From Candidatus Heimdallarchaeum aukensis (GTDB taxonomy: Archaea; Asgardarchaeota; Heimdallarchaeia; Heimdallarchaeales; Heimdallarchaeaceae): a DNA stretch of 64,000 bases. The stretch lies in assembly GCA_021513695.1 (NCBI GenBank), contig CP084166.1, positions 2,336,001 through 2,400,000 of the forward strand. Reading direction: 5' to 3'. This document shows positions 37,913 to 47,067 of this stretch, piece by piece (the stretch's first letter is position 1; every line of letters starts with the position of its first letter). The notes beneath the pieces are model-generated. The model worked only from the letters and a program-made list of their open reading frames with translations, ran no database searches and had not been told where the DNA came from. The translations under genes were made by a program, and so were the position numbers.

Positions 37913-39433
37913 ATGGCAGATTTAAGACTTAAATACGGTACATCGCTAAATAAACAAAAAATGATGGAAATAACTATTGTAAGTATTATTGCACTATTTC
38001 TCTTTGTTTTGTCATTATATGTTAAAGATGCTTTTTGTTCTTGGTTCAATATGCAGAAGGGTGCAGGTTTTTACTGGTATTATGACCCCTCTAACCCTGA
38101 AGCTGTTTGGTACATAGAAGGATACGTTGATGCCTCATATTATTATCAACCTTATTTGTATGCATTTAGATATCAGAATTGGAATCCTTACTTGGGTGGA
38201 GAAGGACCATTGAATGGTTATGCTTATGGCCCCCTTTTTATATATGGTCTTTATTTTATTTCTCTTTTTGTTTCTATTGCAAATCCTTCTCTAACGAATT
38301 TTCAAGTGGTAATTGAATCAGTAAAATGGACACATATTGTTTTTGACTCATTATCGGTTGTTATGCTTTTTTTTATTGTTATCAATTTAGAAATAATGAA
38401 GTCAAAGAAATTTTCTAAATATTTAACTGGTGTTATAGCATCTGTTGTATATATTTTCATGCCCTTTAATCTGCTATACATTGATGCTTTAAGTCTTAAT
38501 ATTCCTCAAATGACTTTCTTTGTTCTTCTTGGAACATTTTTATTTAGAAAAGAAAAATATATTTTATCTTCATTTGCCATGACTTTGGGTTGGTTATCGA
38601 AACAGATGCCACTATTTATTGTTGTTCCTTGGTTTATAATACTCTGGAAAAAAGATGAAGACTTGAAAAAAGCACTTGTAGATTTCTTATTCCCTTTCTT
38701 TATTTTCACTTTGATATTCTCAATTCCTTGGTTAATATTGTCACCGGGAGGATATTTATTTAGAATATTTGGACCTGGAAAACCATTATCTATCGTTTCT
38801 TTGTCTTCCAAATATAATGGATATACTGTCACCTTGGCACATAGTTTTCTGAAATTAGGAAGCGAAACTTTAGCAAACATATATTTGTTTCTAAATAAGT
38901 ATATGATACCTTTTTTTGTTTTTTATATACTTACGTTATTAATTTGCTATTTTAATGCTTTAGATATATTTAATGACGAAAAACAATTTTACATTTATAA
39001 CACAGTAGTAATTCTTGTGTCTCATATATTCATTTCTAGAGGAATTTACAAATATTATGATGCATTTTTTTCTCCTTTCTTCATTCTTTTTCTTGTTTTA
39101 CTACTTTGGTCTTATTTTGACTTATGTAGATTCAACAATAGAACTTTATTGTATTCTTATTTTTTCGTTTCAATAATTTCCAGTTCAATTATTTTGTACT
39201 ATATTAATTGGGTAATAATCATCAAATCTAGATTCCTTCATCCTCTCTACTTGTTATTAATTTTTATTTTCATTTCTAGCTTTTTAGAAAGTAATTTTTA
39301 CTCGAGTCTAACCAAGTTTGAAAGCTACAGAATGATAATATTAGATATCAAAAAGATTTACTCTGATATAAAAAACTCTCTTCGAATACACAAAAAGGAA
39401 AAAGATCCGAAAATAAATCCGAATTTAGAATAA
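37913..39433 (+). CDS. polytopic membrane protein, possible GT-C-fold glycosyltransferase-like
   Basis: About 12 hydrophobic segments and an aromatic-rich first loop ('YYYQPYLYAFRYQNWNPY'). Topology resembles GT-C/DUF2029-type enzymes; weak call. Confidence 0.35.
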   Translation: MADLRLKYGTSLNKQKMMEITIVSIIALFLFVLSLYVKDAFCSWFNMQKGAGFYWYYDPSNPEAVWYIEGYVDASYYYQPYLYAFRYQNWNPYLGGEGPLNGYAYGPLFIYGLYFISLFVSIANPSLTNFQVVIESVKWTHIVFDSLSVVMLFFIVINLEIMKSKKFSKYLTGVIASVVYIFMPFNLLYIDALSLNIPQMTFFVLLGTFLFRKEKYILSSFAMTLGWLSKQMPLFIVVPWFIILWKKDEDLKKALVDFLFPFFIFTLIFSIPWLILSPGGYLFRIFGPGKPLSIVSLSSKYNGYTVTLAHSFLKLGSETLANIYLFLNKYMIPFFVFYILTLLICYFNALDIFNDEKQFYIYNTVVILVSHIFISRGIYKYYDAFFSPFFILFLVLLLWSYFDLCRFNNRTLLYSYFFVSIISSSIILYYINWVIIIKSRFLHPLYLLLIFIFISSFLESNFYSSLTKFESYRMIILDIKKIYSDIKNSLRIHKKEKDPKINPNLE

Positions 39434-39577
39434 AAATATGATTTTTCAATTATCATTTCTTAACTTTATACTTTCCCTTTTTTAAGAAATCTTCTATAAT
39501 AGCAATGTTTGACCTATATCAAAAAGAATTATAAAGTATAAAATTTCATTATTAGTAGTAAATAGTAAGGTATTCAA

Positions 39578-40138
39578 ATGAAGGAAACAAAAAATCGTGC
39601 TGTTTCTCCAGTTATAGGAACAATGCTAATGATTAGTTTAGTTATTGCGGCGAGTGTATTTGTGGCAATTTTTATTGGCAATATTAGAGTTCCTGCAATT
39701 GAAATTGGAGAAGAGACTCCCTCTCTTTATTCAGTAAACATTGATGTTATTTATTTTAACATAACTGATACTAATTCTAATGGACTAAATGATACACTTG
39801 TAGTAAAGTTTAATCTGGATTTAGATTCCCCAACAATTTATGTACAAGATATTGACATTTTGTTGCCTACAGGAAACTTACTTGATGATATAGTTCCATG
39901 GGTTATTATTGATTCAAATAGCTCTTGGAATTCAGACTTCTATGGATATTCTGTTTTGAATGGTAGTTTGAATGCTACATTTACTGTACAATGTTATGAC
40001 CTATCTAAGTCTGTAGGTGAAATTGCTCCAGGATATTCATTTTATTATTTAATTAAATATAACTATGTTTCTGTCAAAGGAAACCAATTGACTCTTATTT
40101 CTGATGTTTATCAATCAGAGTTAATAGAGACAAAATAA
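39578..40138 (+). CDS. archaeal type IV pilin-like protein (class III signal peptide, DUF361-type)
   Basis: N-terminus 'MKETKNRAVSPVIGTMLMISLVIAASVFVAIFIG' carries the archaeal prepilin peptidase motif (basic residue, then A/G followed by VSPVIGT and a hydrophobic helix); beta-rich remainder. Confidence 0.6.
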   Translation: MKETKNRAVSPVIGTMLMISLVIAASVFVAIFIGNIRVPAIEIGEETPSLYSVNIDVIYFNITDTNSNGLNDTLVVKFNLDLDSPTIYVQDIDILLPTGNLLDDIVPWVIIDSNSSWNSDFYGYSVLNGSLNATFTVQCYDLSKSVGEIAPGYSFYYLIKYNYVSVKGNQLTLISDVYQSELIETK

Positions 40139-40193
40139 TATACAACATAATAATACATTTTTTTCTTTTTTCAAAACATTTTTTTAGATATTT

Positions 40194-40949
40194 GTGCTTA
40201 CTAATTTGAACATAATGTCCCTTGAACCAAAACGAGCTTATAAAATAGTTTTAATTGGAGACCCAGAAGTAGGAAAAACTTCCATAAGAAGAAGATATAT
40301 GGGAAAAACGTTTAAAGGAGAATATTTGAAAACAATAGGTGCTGACTTTGCAGCACAAAAAGTAGAAATTGAAGATGAGGTCGTTTTATTAACAATATGG
40401 GATCTAGCTGGGCAAACTATCTTTCATGGAATGCGTTCTTCCTTTTACCAAGGATGTAAGTCTGCGTTAGTTGTTTTTGATGTAACAAATGTTGAAAGTT
40501 TGAACAATGTAGAAAAATGGACAGAAGAAGCTGTAACCTATGCAAAAAGTTCATTACAAGAGATTTATTTAATAGGCAATAAAATAGATTTGAAGAAAGA
40601 GAGAGTAGTTACAAAAGAACAAATAGACAAAAAAGTAAAACAATTGGAATCTTTAGTTAACTTTCCTATTAGAGTTTATGAAACATCTGCTCTTACAGGA
40701 GAAAATATCCAATCTTTATTTATGGATCTAAGTAGACGATTAATTATTAGTGATAACGTTAAATTTGAAGAAGAAATAGAAGCTAAACGTGCTCATGATG
40801 TTAAGAAAGAAAAAAGAAAAGAACCAGGTAAAGATGTTGATTATAAATCTAAAGATGACTTGAAAGAGATAATAAACCATATCGAGCTTCATGTTGAGAA
40901 AATAAATGACTTTATCAAATTATTGAAAAAACGATTAGATAAACTGTAA
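40194..40949 (+). CDS. Rab/Ras-like small GTPase (Asgard-type eukaryotic signature protein)
   Basis: G1 'GDPEVGKTS', switch I 'KTIGADF' (RabF1-like IGxDF), G3 'WDLAGQ', G4 'GNKIDL', G5 'ETSALTG'. C-terminal 60-aa K/E-rich extension without a CAAX box. Probable true start is the ATG at 40215. Confidence 0.85.
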   Translation: MLTNLNIMSLEPKRAYKIVLIGDPEVGKTSIRRRYMGKTFKGEYLKTIGADFAAQKVEIEDEVVLLTIWDLAGQTIFHGMRSSFYQGCKSALVVFDVTNVESLNNVEKWTEEAVTYAKSSLQEIYLIGNKIDLKKERVVTKEQIDKKVKQLESLVNFPIRVYETSALTGENIQSLFMDLSRRLIISDNVKFEEEIEAKRAHDVKKEKRKEPGKDVDYKSKDDLKEIINHIELHVEKINDFIKLLKKRLDKL

Positions 40950-41030
40950 TTTTAAATCTCTTTACTTTGTAATAATCTTCAACAGTCATTCTTTTTTTAG
41001 AAAAAAGAAAAGATTTTGGATAAATTATTC

Positions 41031-42347
41031 TCATTCATCTAATTCTGTTAGTTTGACATATAGTCTCTTATAAAAATCTTGTACAGTTTGTAGAGATTTT
41101 AACTCAATATATTCATTTGCTCCATGAACATTTCCGCCAATTCCTCCAAATTCGATAGCAGGGATGTTCCTAGCGCTAAACCATCTTGAATCTGTAGCTC
41201 CTCCCATCTCAATTGTTTTTGTAGGTAATTCCAGTTCCTTAGCTACTTCAAGAGCTTTTTGAACTAATATTGAGGATTCAGACGTATTAACAGGTCCAAT
41301 ACTTCCTTCTGCTTTTATCTCTGCTTCAACATTGTGGTCTTTAAAGAAATCTTCAAAATATTTTTGAATTAAAGTATGATTATTACTCATAATTCTCAAG
41401 TCTAGTTGTACAAAGTAATGACCTTCTTTTTCAATAAAATAGTTGAAAGTAAGATTTATTCCATAATCACTATAATCTGATTCAATATCAACATTATCAA
41501 AGTCTCTTATAGAACGAAGAAATAAAGTTAAGTTTTTATCAATCTCAAAAGCTTCTCCTTCTTCATTTATCTTAACATAATCAATTGTAATTTCTGGTGG
41601 AATAACATTATTTTTTATGAAAACTCCGCTAATTGTTTGAACCAAGTCATCTTCTGAAAGTTTCTTAGATGCTGCAACAGCACAATGGATATCTAATTCC
41701 TTATTAAAGTATGCAGCATGCATAGTTCTATTTCCAGCTATTTCTGTTGTAAACTTCTCCGTATATAACTTCCCTTTTACTGTTTTCTTCTTTTTTGGAA
41801 TTTTTAAGTTTATAATGTACGGATTTCTACGTCTATTAATTATTTGTAAACCATTAGCATCACCATTTACTACATAATCTGGAACTAAATCATGTTTTTC
41901 TAATTGAGGAAGAAGTTCTCCTGCTCCAAAAGCTCCTCCTGATTCTTCGTCTAAATTAAAAGCAAAAATGATTGTGCCTTTCTCTTCTTTTGCAAAAAAT
42001 TCAGCCAGACTTAGCATTACAGCTACAGAACCCTTCATGTCTGCACTCCCTCGCCCATATCCTTTTTCGTCCCTTATTATAAAGGTAAATGGATCAGTTT
42101 CCCAATTTGGCCCCGGTGGTACAACATCACAGTGCCCTAAATATAACATCTTAGGGCTATCTCTTTTGATATAGGAAATAAGAGTCCAATAACCTTCTTT
42201 TACGTACATAACATTTTCGTATCCATATTCAGATAAGTAATTTCTTATAAAAATGAGTATGTCTTTACTAGGTTTGATTTTTTTTACAGGATTATTTATC
42301 GTATTGAATGAAACAAGTTTTTCAAGAATGGTTAAGTATGATTTCAT
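41031..42347 (-). CDS. M20-family metallopeptidase (ArgE/DapE-like deacylase)
   Basis: 'LGHCDVVPPGPNWETDPF', 'GRGSADMKGSVAVML', 'NLDEESGG' are the M20 metal-binding and catalytic motifs. Confidence 0.75.
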   Translation of the reverse strand: MKSYLTILEKLVSFNTINNPVKKIKPSKDILIFIRNYLSEYGYENVMYVKEGYWTLISYIKRDSPKMLYLGHCDVVPPGPNWETDPFTFIIRDEKGYGRGSADMKGSVAVMLSLAEFFAKEEKGTIIFAFNLDEESGGAFGAGELLPQLEKHDLVPDYVVNGDANGLQIINRRRNPYIINLKIPKKKKTVKGKLYTEKFTTEIAGNRTMHAAYFNKELDIHCAVAASKKLSEDDLVQTISGVFIKNNVIPPEITIDYVKINEEGEAFEIDKNLTLFLRSIRDFDNVDIESDYSDYGINLTFNYFIEKEGHYFVQLDLRIMSNNHTLIQKYFEDFFKDHNVEAEIKAEGSIGPVNTSESSILVQKALEVAKELELPTKTIEMGGATDSRWFSARNIPAIEFGGIGGNVHGANEYIELKSLQTVQDFYKRLYVKLTELDE

Positions 42348-42565
42348 AAATGGAACTTATTATGTAAATTTATTAGTTTTCTCCATCTTCTTGTGAACTT
42401 TTTAAACTACTCAAAATAATTTTCTCTAAAACCGGCAAAATATTAATTTCGGGAACATTGACTTATCTCTGGATAAAGTGAGAAAAAATGCGCATTTCGG
42501 ACTTTTCAGCACAATATTTTTATACTACTTTTTTTATCAATGAATTGCATACTACACGTGTGTAG
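42348..42565. promoter_or_regulatory. divergent intergenic region (promoters for M20 peptidase and secreted-protein pair)
   Basis: 218-bp non-coding gap between divergently transcribed genes. Confidence 0.2.
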
Positions 42566-43702
42566 GTGTTAAAAAAAATGAATAAAAAAGGAATCTTTTT
42601 AATGGCATTGTTCTTACTTTCATTCCTTAGTGTAATGCCAACTAAGGCCGTAGTGGAAGATAAGAACACTGTTACCATTACATTGGGAACAGATGTCGCT
42701 GGTTATGTTGACAAAGGTGAACTCTATGTCGAAATTGACCGCGACGTCCTTCCAGATGGAAAAATCTTCTACACTGGAGATGAGCTATGGTTACACTTCT
42801 TCTATGATGTAGCCTATACAAACTTCTTCGGTGCAGCAGCTCCAAATGGAGGTTTCCAATGTGATGCATGGTTCTATGAAGAACCAGATGAAAACGGACT
42901 ATATAATGAAACAAGATTCAGTGGTATGCTAAACGGATATCTAGACGACTACGATTTAGGTCTAACAGATTTCGATCCTTACGACGGTAATACAACCCAA
43001 GAAATAACAATTACCTTAGAGGAAGGATGGCACACCTTTACTATTGTAGCTGCTGAATACATTTCAGACAACACTCATACCGAATTCCACTGGGAATGGG
43101 TAAAAGATCAAGTAAGCTTCTACGTTACTTCTGATACAACCTTAACAGAAGCTCCTGCAGTCGAATCATCCGGTAAGAAAGTCAAATTCGAATCAATCGC
43201 TAAAAACTCTGAAAACATGACCAACGGATTTGATTGGACAGATCCATGGACTGTTCGTCCAGTAGCTGAACCAGCTGCTTATTCAGACCTAGAAATATCA
43301 ACAAAGAAACTAGTAACCAAACTAACTGCTTATTACAACACTACATGGCAAGAATTAAACTTGACTGACTACGTTTGGGATACAGGTTTTGTTGATGAGT
43401 ATTCAATGGGTTATGGTGATGTTGCATGGTTCAATGCTGCTATAAACAACAGTTTAGTACAAGCAACTGAAGGAACTATTCCTTTGAACCTTGGAGTAAA
43501 CTACGTTGTATTTGCAGTAGTTGGATTCCACGCAGCTGATTTTGCAGCACTTTATGGAATACCCTTCCCAACAGTGCAATTCTCAAGCGTAATCTACAAG
43601 ATTGATGTAGTACCAGGACTAGGACCATCATACGGTATCCTTATAAGTGTCTCAATCTTTGGTCTAGTGGCTGCTTTAGGATTAAAGCGCTTCAGAAAAT
43701 AA
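42566..43702 (+). CDS. secreted protein with signal peptide and C-terminal TM anchor plus basic tail, hypothetical
   Basis: 'KKGIFLMALFLLSFLSVMPTKA' signal; acidic/aromatic ectodomain; C-terminus 'VPGLGPSYGILISVSIFGLVAALGLKRFRK'. Confidence 0.45.
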   Translation: MLKKMNKKGIFLMALFLLSFLSVMPTKAVVEDKNTVTITLGTDVAGYVDKGELYVEIDRDVLPDGKIFYTGDELWLHFFYDVAYTNFFGAAAPNGGFQCDAWFYEEPDENGLYNETRFSGMLNGYLDDYDLGLTDFDPYDGNTTQEITITLEEGWHTFTIVAAEYISDNTHTEFHWEWVKDQVSFYVTSDTTLTEAPAVESSGKKVKFESIAKNSENMTNGFDWTDPWTVRPVAEPAAYSDLEISTKKLVTKLTAYYNTTWQELNLTDYVWDTGFVDEYSMGYGDVAWFNAAINNSLVQATEGTIPLNLGVNYVVFAVVGFHAADFAALYGIPFPTVQFSSVIYKIDVVPGLGPSYGILISVSIFGLVAALGLKRFRK

Positions 43703-43717
43703 TAAAGGTGAAAAAAA

Positions 43718-45667
43718 ATGAACAAGAAACTATTTATTGCCCTTTTTGTAGTCTCTACAATGTTGGTGTCTAGTGTATATTCTGCTTCAACAAGTAAGGC
43801 TGCAGTAGAACCAATCGCCACTTTAACCTATAAAACAAACGGTGGAGGCTTCCGTCCCGATTATGGTCTTTACATTGCTCAATACTTAAGTGAATTAGGT
43901 ATTAAAGTTAATGTAAAGGTTGAGGAATGGATAGTCTTCGTAGGTACACTGTTAGTTACCTACGACTTTGACCTCGCTTTTGTAGGTTTAGTAGGTGGTG
44001 GTGCAGACCCTGATCTAACAGGTGTATACAACGAAAATGGTTCTCTAAACATGTTTGGTATAAACACCAAAATGCCTTATGGAGCAGAAAATGAAGAAAT
44101 GATGAAGGAAGGAGTCCTCATCATGGATCTTGAAGAAAGACAACAACACTATTATGAATGGCAACAATTAATCATGGACAAAATCTTGCCAATGTTACCA
44201 TTCTTCAGTCCTCGTTCATATGTTGCTAATTGGGCTACATTAGACGGATATGACAATCGTTGGGGTATAATTGACTCCTTACCATACATGGAGTTCACAG
44301 AATTACACGAAGGTCAAACATCCACTGAAGAATTCTATGATTCTGACGCTAAATGGAAAGAATTGAACCCATTGTTGCAAGATGATGCATCAAGTTCTTA
44401 CATTTCATCCTTAGTCATGGAACCATTAATGCAAATGACTCCTGACTTTGAACCAGTCAAAACTGGTATAGTTATCGATTGGGAACAAGATGAAACCAAT
44501 GAACTCTTATACAAATTCACTCTACGTGATGATGTCTACTGGAACCCATCCTTCAACATCACAGGCAGAGATAGTAGCTCTGATCCATTAGTTGATGAAG
44601 ATGGAAACATCGTAGATCCCAGCATCTTAATGGTTGGTGATAAAGGAGAGTTCAGTGATGGAACAAACCAACAAGTAACTGCTAAAGACGCAGTATTCAC
44701 ATTACTTGCTTGGGCAAACCCAATCACCAGTGAAGACGCTGATGTATACAAATGGATTCATGACATATGGGTTGATCCTGAAGATGAATTATCCTTCTGG
44801 ATAGAAATCGATGGTGATCCTGACACTCCTGAACCAGAAAATTATGCACCCTTCTGGTCAGCAATGACTCCAAGATTACTACCAGAATTCTTCTTAAACA
44901 CAACCAACACAACTGTTACATACTCCTCTGGTGGAGTACCAATGGTTGGTTTAGGAGAAGGTATTCTTGATACTCCTCAATGGAAGACCTACAGTACTTC
45001 CGCATTTGGTTGTGGTAAGTACATGTTAGACTACTACGTTGAGAACTCAATTACAGTCTTACAAGCTTCTCCATTCTGGTTTGGTGTAGGAGCCATTGAC
45101 GGAACAGAACAAGATCTAGATATCAAAACCTTCAACATTCGTGTTATTCCAGATCAAACATCTGCATTAGCAGAATTCAAAGCTGGAAAACTCGATATCA
45201 TGGGTATGACTGCCTTCCCAGAGGAAAGAAAGGAGATGGAAACCGATCCTAGATTCGAAGTTCAATCAGCTCTAAGAAGCTATGTTAACTTCATGGGATT
45301 CAACCTCAGAAGACCATTCATCGGTGGAGACGACAACTATGTCTTCTTAACTGAACCTGGTTATGAGGAATATACCAAAGCTCTCGCTGTCAGAAAAGCT
45401 ATTGCATACGCAATCGACAGAGAAGAAATCAACAACGTTCTTCATGATGGTGAATACTTGATCTCTCACAGCGTTATTTATCCAGTACAAGCATTCTGGT
45501 ATTATAACGACATTATCAAGTACAACCATGATCTCGATACAGCTATTGCATGGCTTAAGAGAGCAGGAGTATATAAGGAAGCTGAAGTTACAACAACTCC
45601 ATTACCAATAATTGGTGTTGTTGCAGCAATCATGTCCTTTGTTTTACTCAGAAGGAAGAGAAACTAA
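43718..45667 (+). CDS. extracellular solute-binding protein family 5-like (OppA/DppA-type), C-terminally TM-anchored
   Basis: Signal peptide. 'KFTLRDDVYWNPSF' and especially 'ALAVRKAIAYAIDREEINNVLHDGE' match SBP_bac_5 conserved blocks. C-terminal 'IIGVVAAIMSFVLLRRKRN'. No ABC permease or ATPase genes adjacent. Confidence 0.5.
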   Translation: MNKKLFIALFVVSTMLVSSVYSASTSKAAVEPIATLTYKTNGGGFRPDYGLYIAQYLSELGIKVNVKVEEWIVFVGTLLVTYDFDLAFVGLVGGGADPDLTGVYNENGSLNMFGINTKMPYGAENEEMMKEGVLIMDLEERQQHYYEWQQLIMDKILPMLPFFSPRSYVANWATLDGYDNRWGIIDSLPYMEFTELHEGQTSTEEFYDSDAKWKELNPLLQDDASSSYISSLVMEPLMQMTPDFEPVKTGIVIDWEQDETNELLYKFTLRDDVYWNPSFNITGRDSSSDPLVDEDGNIVDPSILMVGDKGEFSDGTNQQVTAKDAVFTLLAWANPITSEDADVYKWIHDIWVDPEDELSFWIEIDGDPDTPEPENYAPFWSAMTPRLLPEFFLNTTNTTVTYSSGGVPMVGLGEGILDTPQWKTYSTSAFGCGKYMLDYYVENSITVLQASPFWFGVGAIDGTEQDLDIKTFNIRVIPDQTSALAEFKAGKLDIMGMTAFPEERKEMETDPRFEVQSALRSYVNFMGFNLRRPFIGGDDNYVFLTEPGYEEYTKALAVRKAIAYAIDREEINNVLHDGEYLISHSVIYPVQAFWYYNDIIKYNHDLDTAIAWLKRAGVYKEAEVTTTPLPIIGVVAAIMSFVLLRRKRN

Positions 45668-45743
45668 ATTTTCAAACATTTTCTTTTTTTCTATTTTTTT
45701 TTGAATTCAGTTCAGTTTTGACGATTGTTAAAATTTTTAACTG

Positions 45744-46214
45744 TTGCTGATTTTTGTTTCACATAAAAGGTCAAGTGTTTGTCTTATGCGTTGCCCCTAC
45801 TGTGGTTATCATAAAATAGTTAAGAAAGCAGATAAAAGATTAATCCATGAGTGTCCTAGATGTAAGTATCAATTTGAAGTCAGTTTTTCTAAAATGATGT
45901 TTGAGAAAATTTTTTCTATACCTTTTTCTTCAGTCATTGTCTTCTCGGTTATCCAAGTGATGTGTTTTTCTCTGTCACTTATTTCAAATGAATTTTTATC
46001 TAAATCTTTTTGGAATAGTTTCACTGTATTTAACGCTCTCTTTCTTGTAGTGCAGCTCTTTTTATATTTCATTTACGTAGAACCCAAACAGATTTTCCTA
46101 ATAAAAGATAAAGTGAGTTTTATACGTAAAATTGTCTATCTTTCCCCTTTCTTAAAAATCTCAATGTTAATAGTTGTCACAATAATTACTATTCAAATTA
46201 TAGTCATTAAATAA
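45744..46214 (+). CDS. small zinc-ribbon plus membrane protein, hypothetical
   Basis: 'CPYCGYHKIV...CPRCKYQF' followed by 3 hydrophobic helices; likely real start at the ATG around 45787. Confidence 0.35.
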   Translation: MLIFVSHKRSSVCLMRCPYCGYHKIVKKADKRLIHECPRCKYQFEVSFSKMMFEKIFSIPFSSVIVFSVIQVMCFSLSLISNEFLSKSFWNSFTVFNALFLVVQLFLYFIYVEPKQIFLIKDKVSFIRKIVYLSPFLKISMLIVVTIITIQIIVIK

Positions 46215-46299
46215 AGAAATGGTGAAATGATTTTTTCATTTCTTACTTCTTGGAAAAAAAAGATTCAAAGTCCTTTAGAATTTGAGTTAGTAGTGACAC

Positions 46300-47067
46300 T
46301 TAACTCTTTATTCTTATTTTTATCCTCTTAGAGCACCAATTTATTATGCTTTTTGCAATAATAAACTTCTGAAATTTTTTGCCAATCTTCTCTTTCGTGA
46401 GAGTGTTTACTTTTGAGTATTTTCCTATTTTTTCTCCAAAGTCATACCCAAAAAGGATAACTTTTTTTATTTCTGAATTTACGGCAAAACAAACAGCTCT
46501 ATCACCATCTGTAAAACCTAAAAAATTTCTAAAATTTCCTAATTCTTCTGTTTGTGTTGAAAATAACACGTTTCCTGCCTTTATTAGTTTGGGTAGATAT
46601 TTCTTTGCTTGTTCAAGATTATCCCCGTGAATATGAACAATCATAGTAGAACCGAGTCTTTGGGCTTCTATTTGATCTTCTACGCAACCGTCTAAATCAG
46701 AAATAATAACTTCAGGAATCAGGTTCTGTTCTAATAAAAATGTTGTAGCCCCATCAACTGAAATAAGAACGGTGTTAGTAACATTTTTTGATTTTATTTC
46801 TTTAATTTTTTTTGCTGTTTCATTTGATAAACTATTTCCAGGGGCTATAATTATTGCTGTTTTTCTTTTTAATTCATTTACTAACTCTTCAACCCTTAAA
46901 TTAGGTTTGAATAAGTTATCAATATCCTTCACAGCATTTAAGTCGCTTTGTGGAGAAATATTTAGAAAATCACATATCGCAGGATACCAATGTTCTAGCC
47001 AAGTGGAAAGAGAAAAATCTAGTTTCTCAAGTTGAAGAAACAATGTATTTTCAGTCTTAAAAATCAT
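46300..47067 (-). CDS. 6-hydroxymethylpterin diphosphokinase MptE-like (DUF115) protein
   Basis: 'RKTAIIIAPGNSLSNE' (GxGPSL-like) and 'PEVIISDLDG' (DxDG) are in the order and spacing typical of the MptE/DUF115 family. Confidence 0.5.
   Translation of the reverse strand: MIFKTENTLFLQLEKLDFSLSTWLEHWYPAICDFLNISPQSDLNAVKDIDNLFKPNLRVEELVNELKRKTAIIIAPGNSLSNETAKKIKEIKSKNVTNTVLISVDGATTFLLEQNLIPEVIISDLDGCVEDQIEAQRLGSTMIVHIHGDNLEQAKKYLPKLIKAGNVLFSTQTEELGNFRNFLGFTDGDRAVCFAVNSEIKKVILFGYDFGEKIGKYSKVNTLTKEKIGKKFQKFIIAKSIINWCSKRIKIRIKS

Noticed and set aside
42678-42914. His/Arg-rich 78-aa minus-strand ORF
   Set aside because: Antisense to the 42566..43702 secreted protein gene; composition (HR repeats) is the mirror image of the Asp/Glu/Tyr-rich sense-strand codons.
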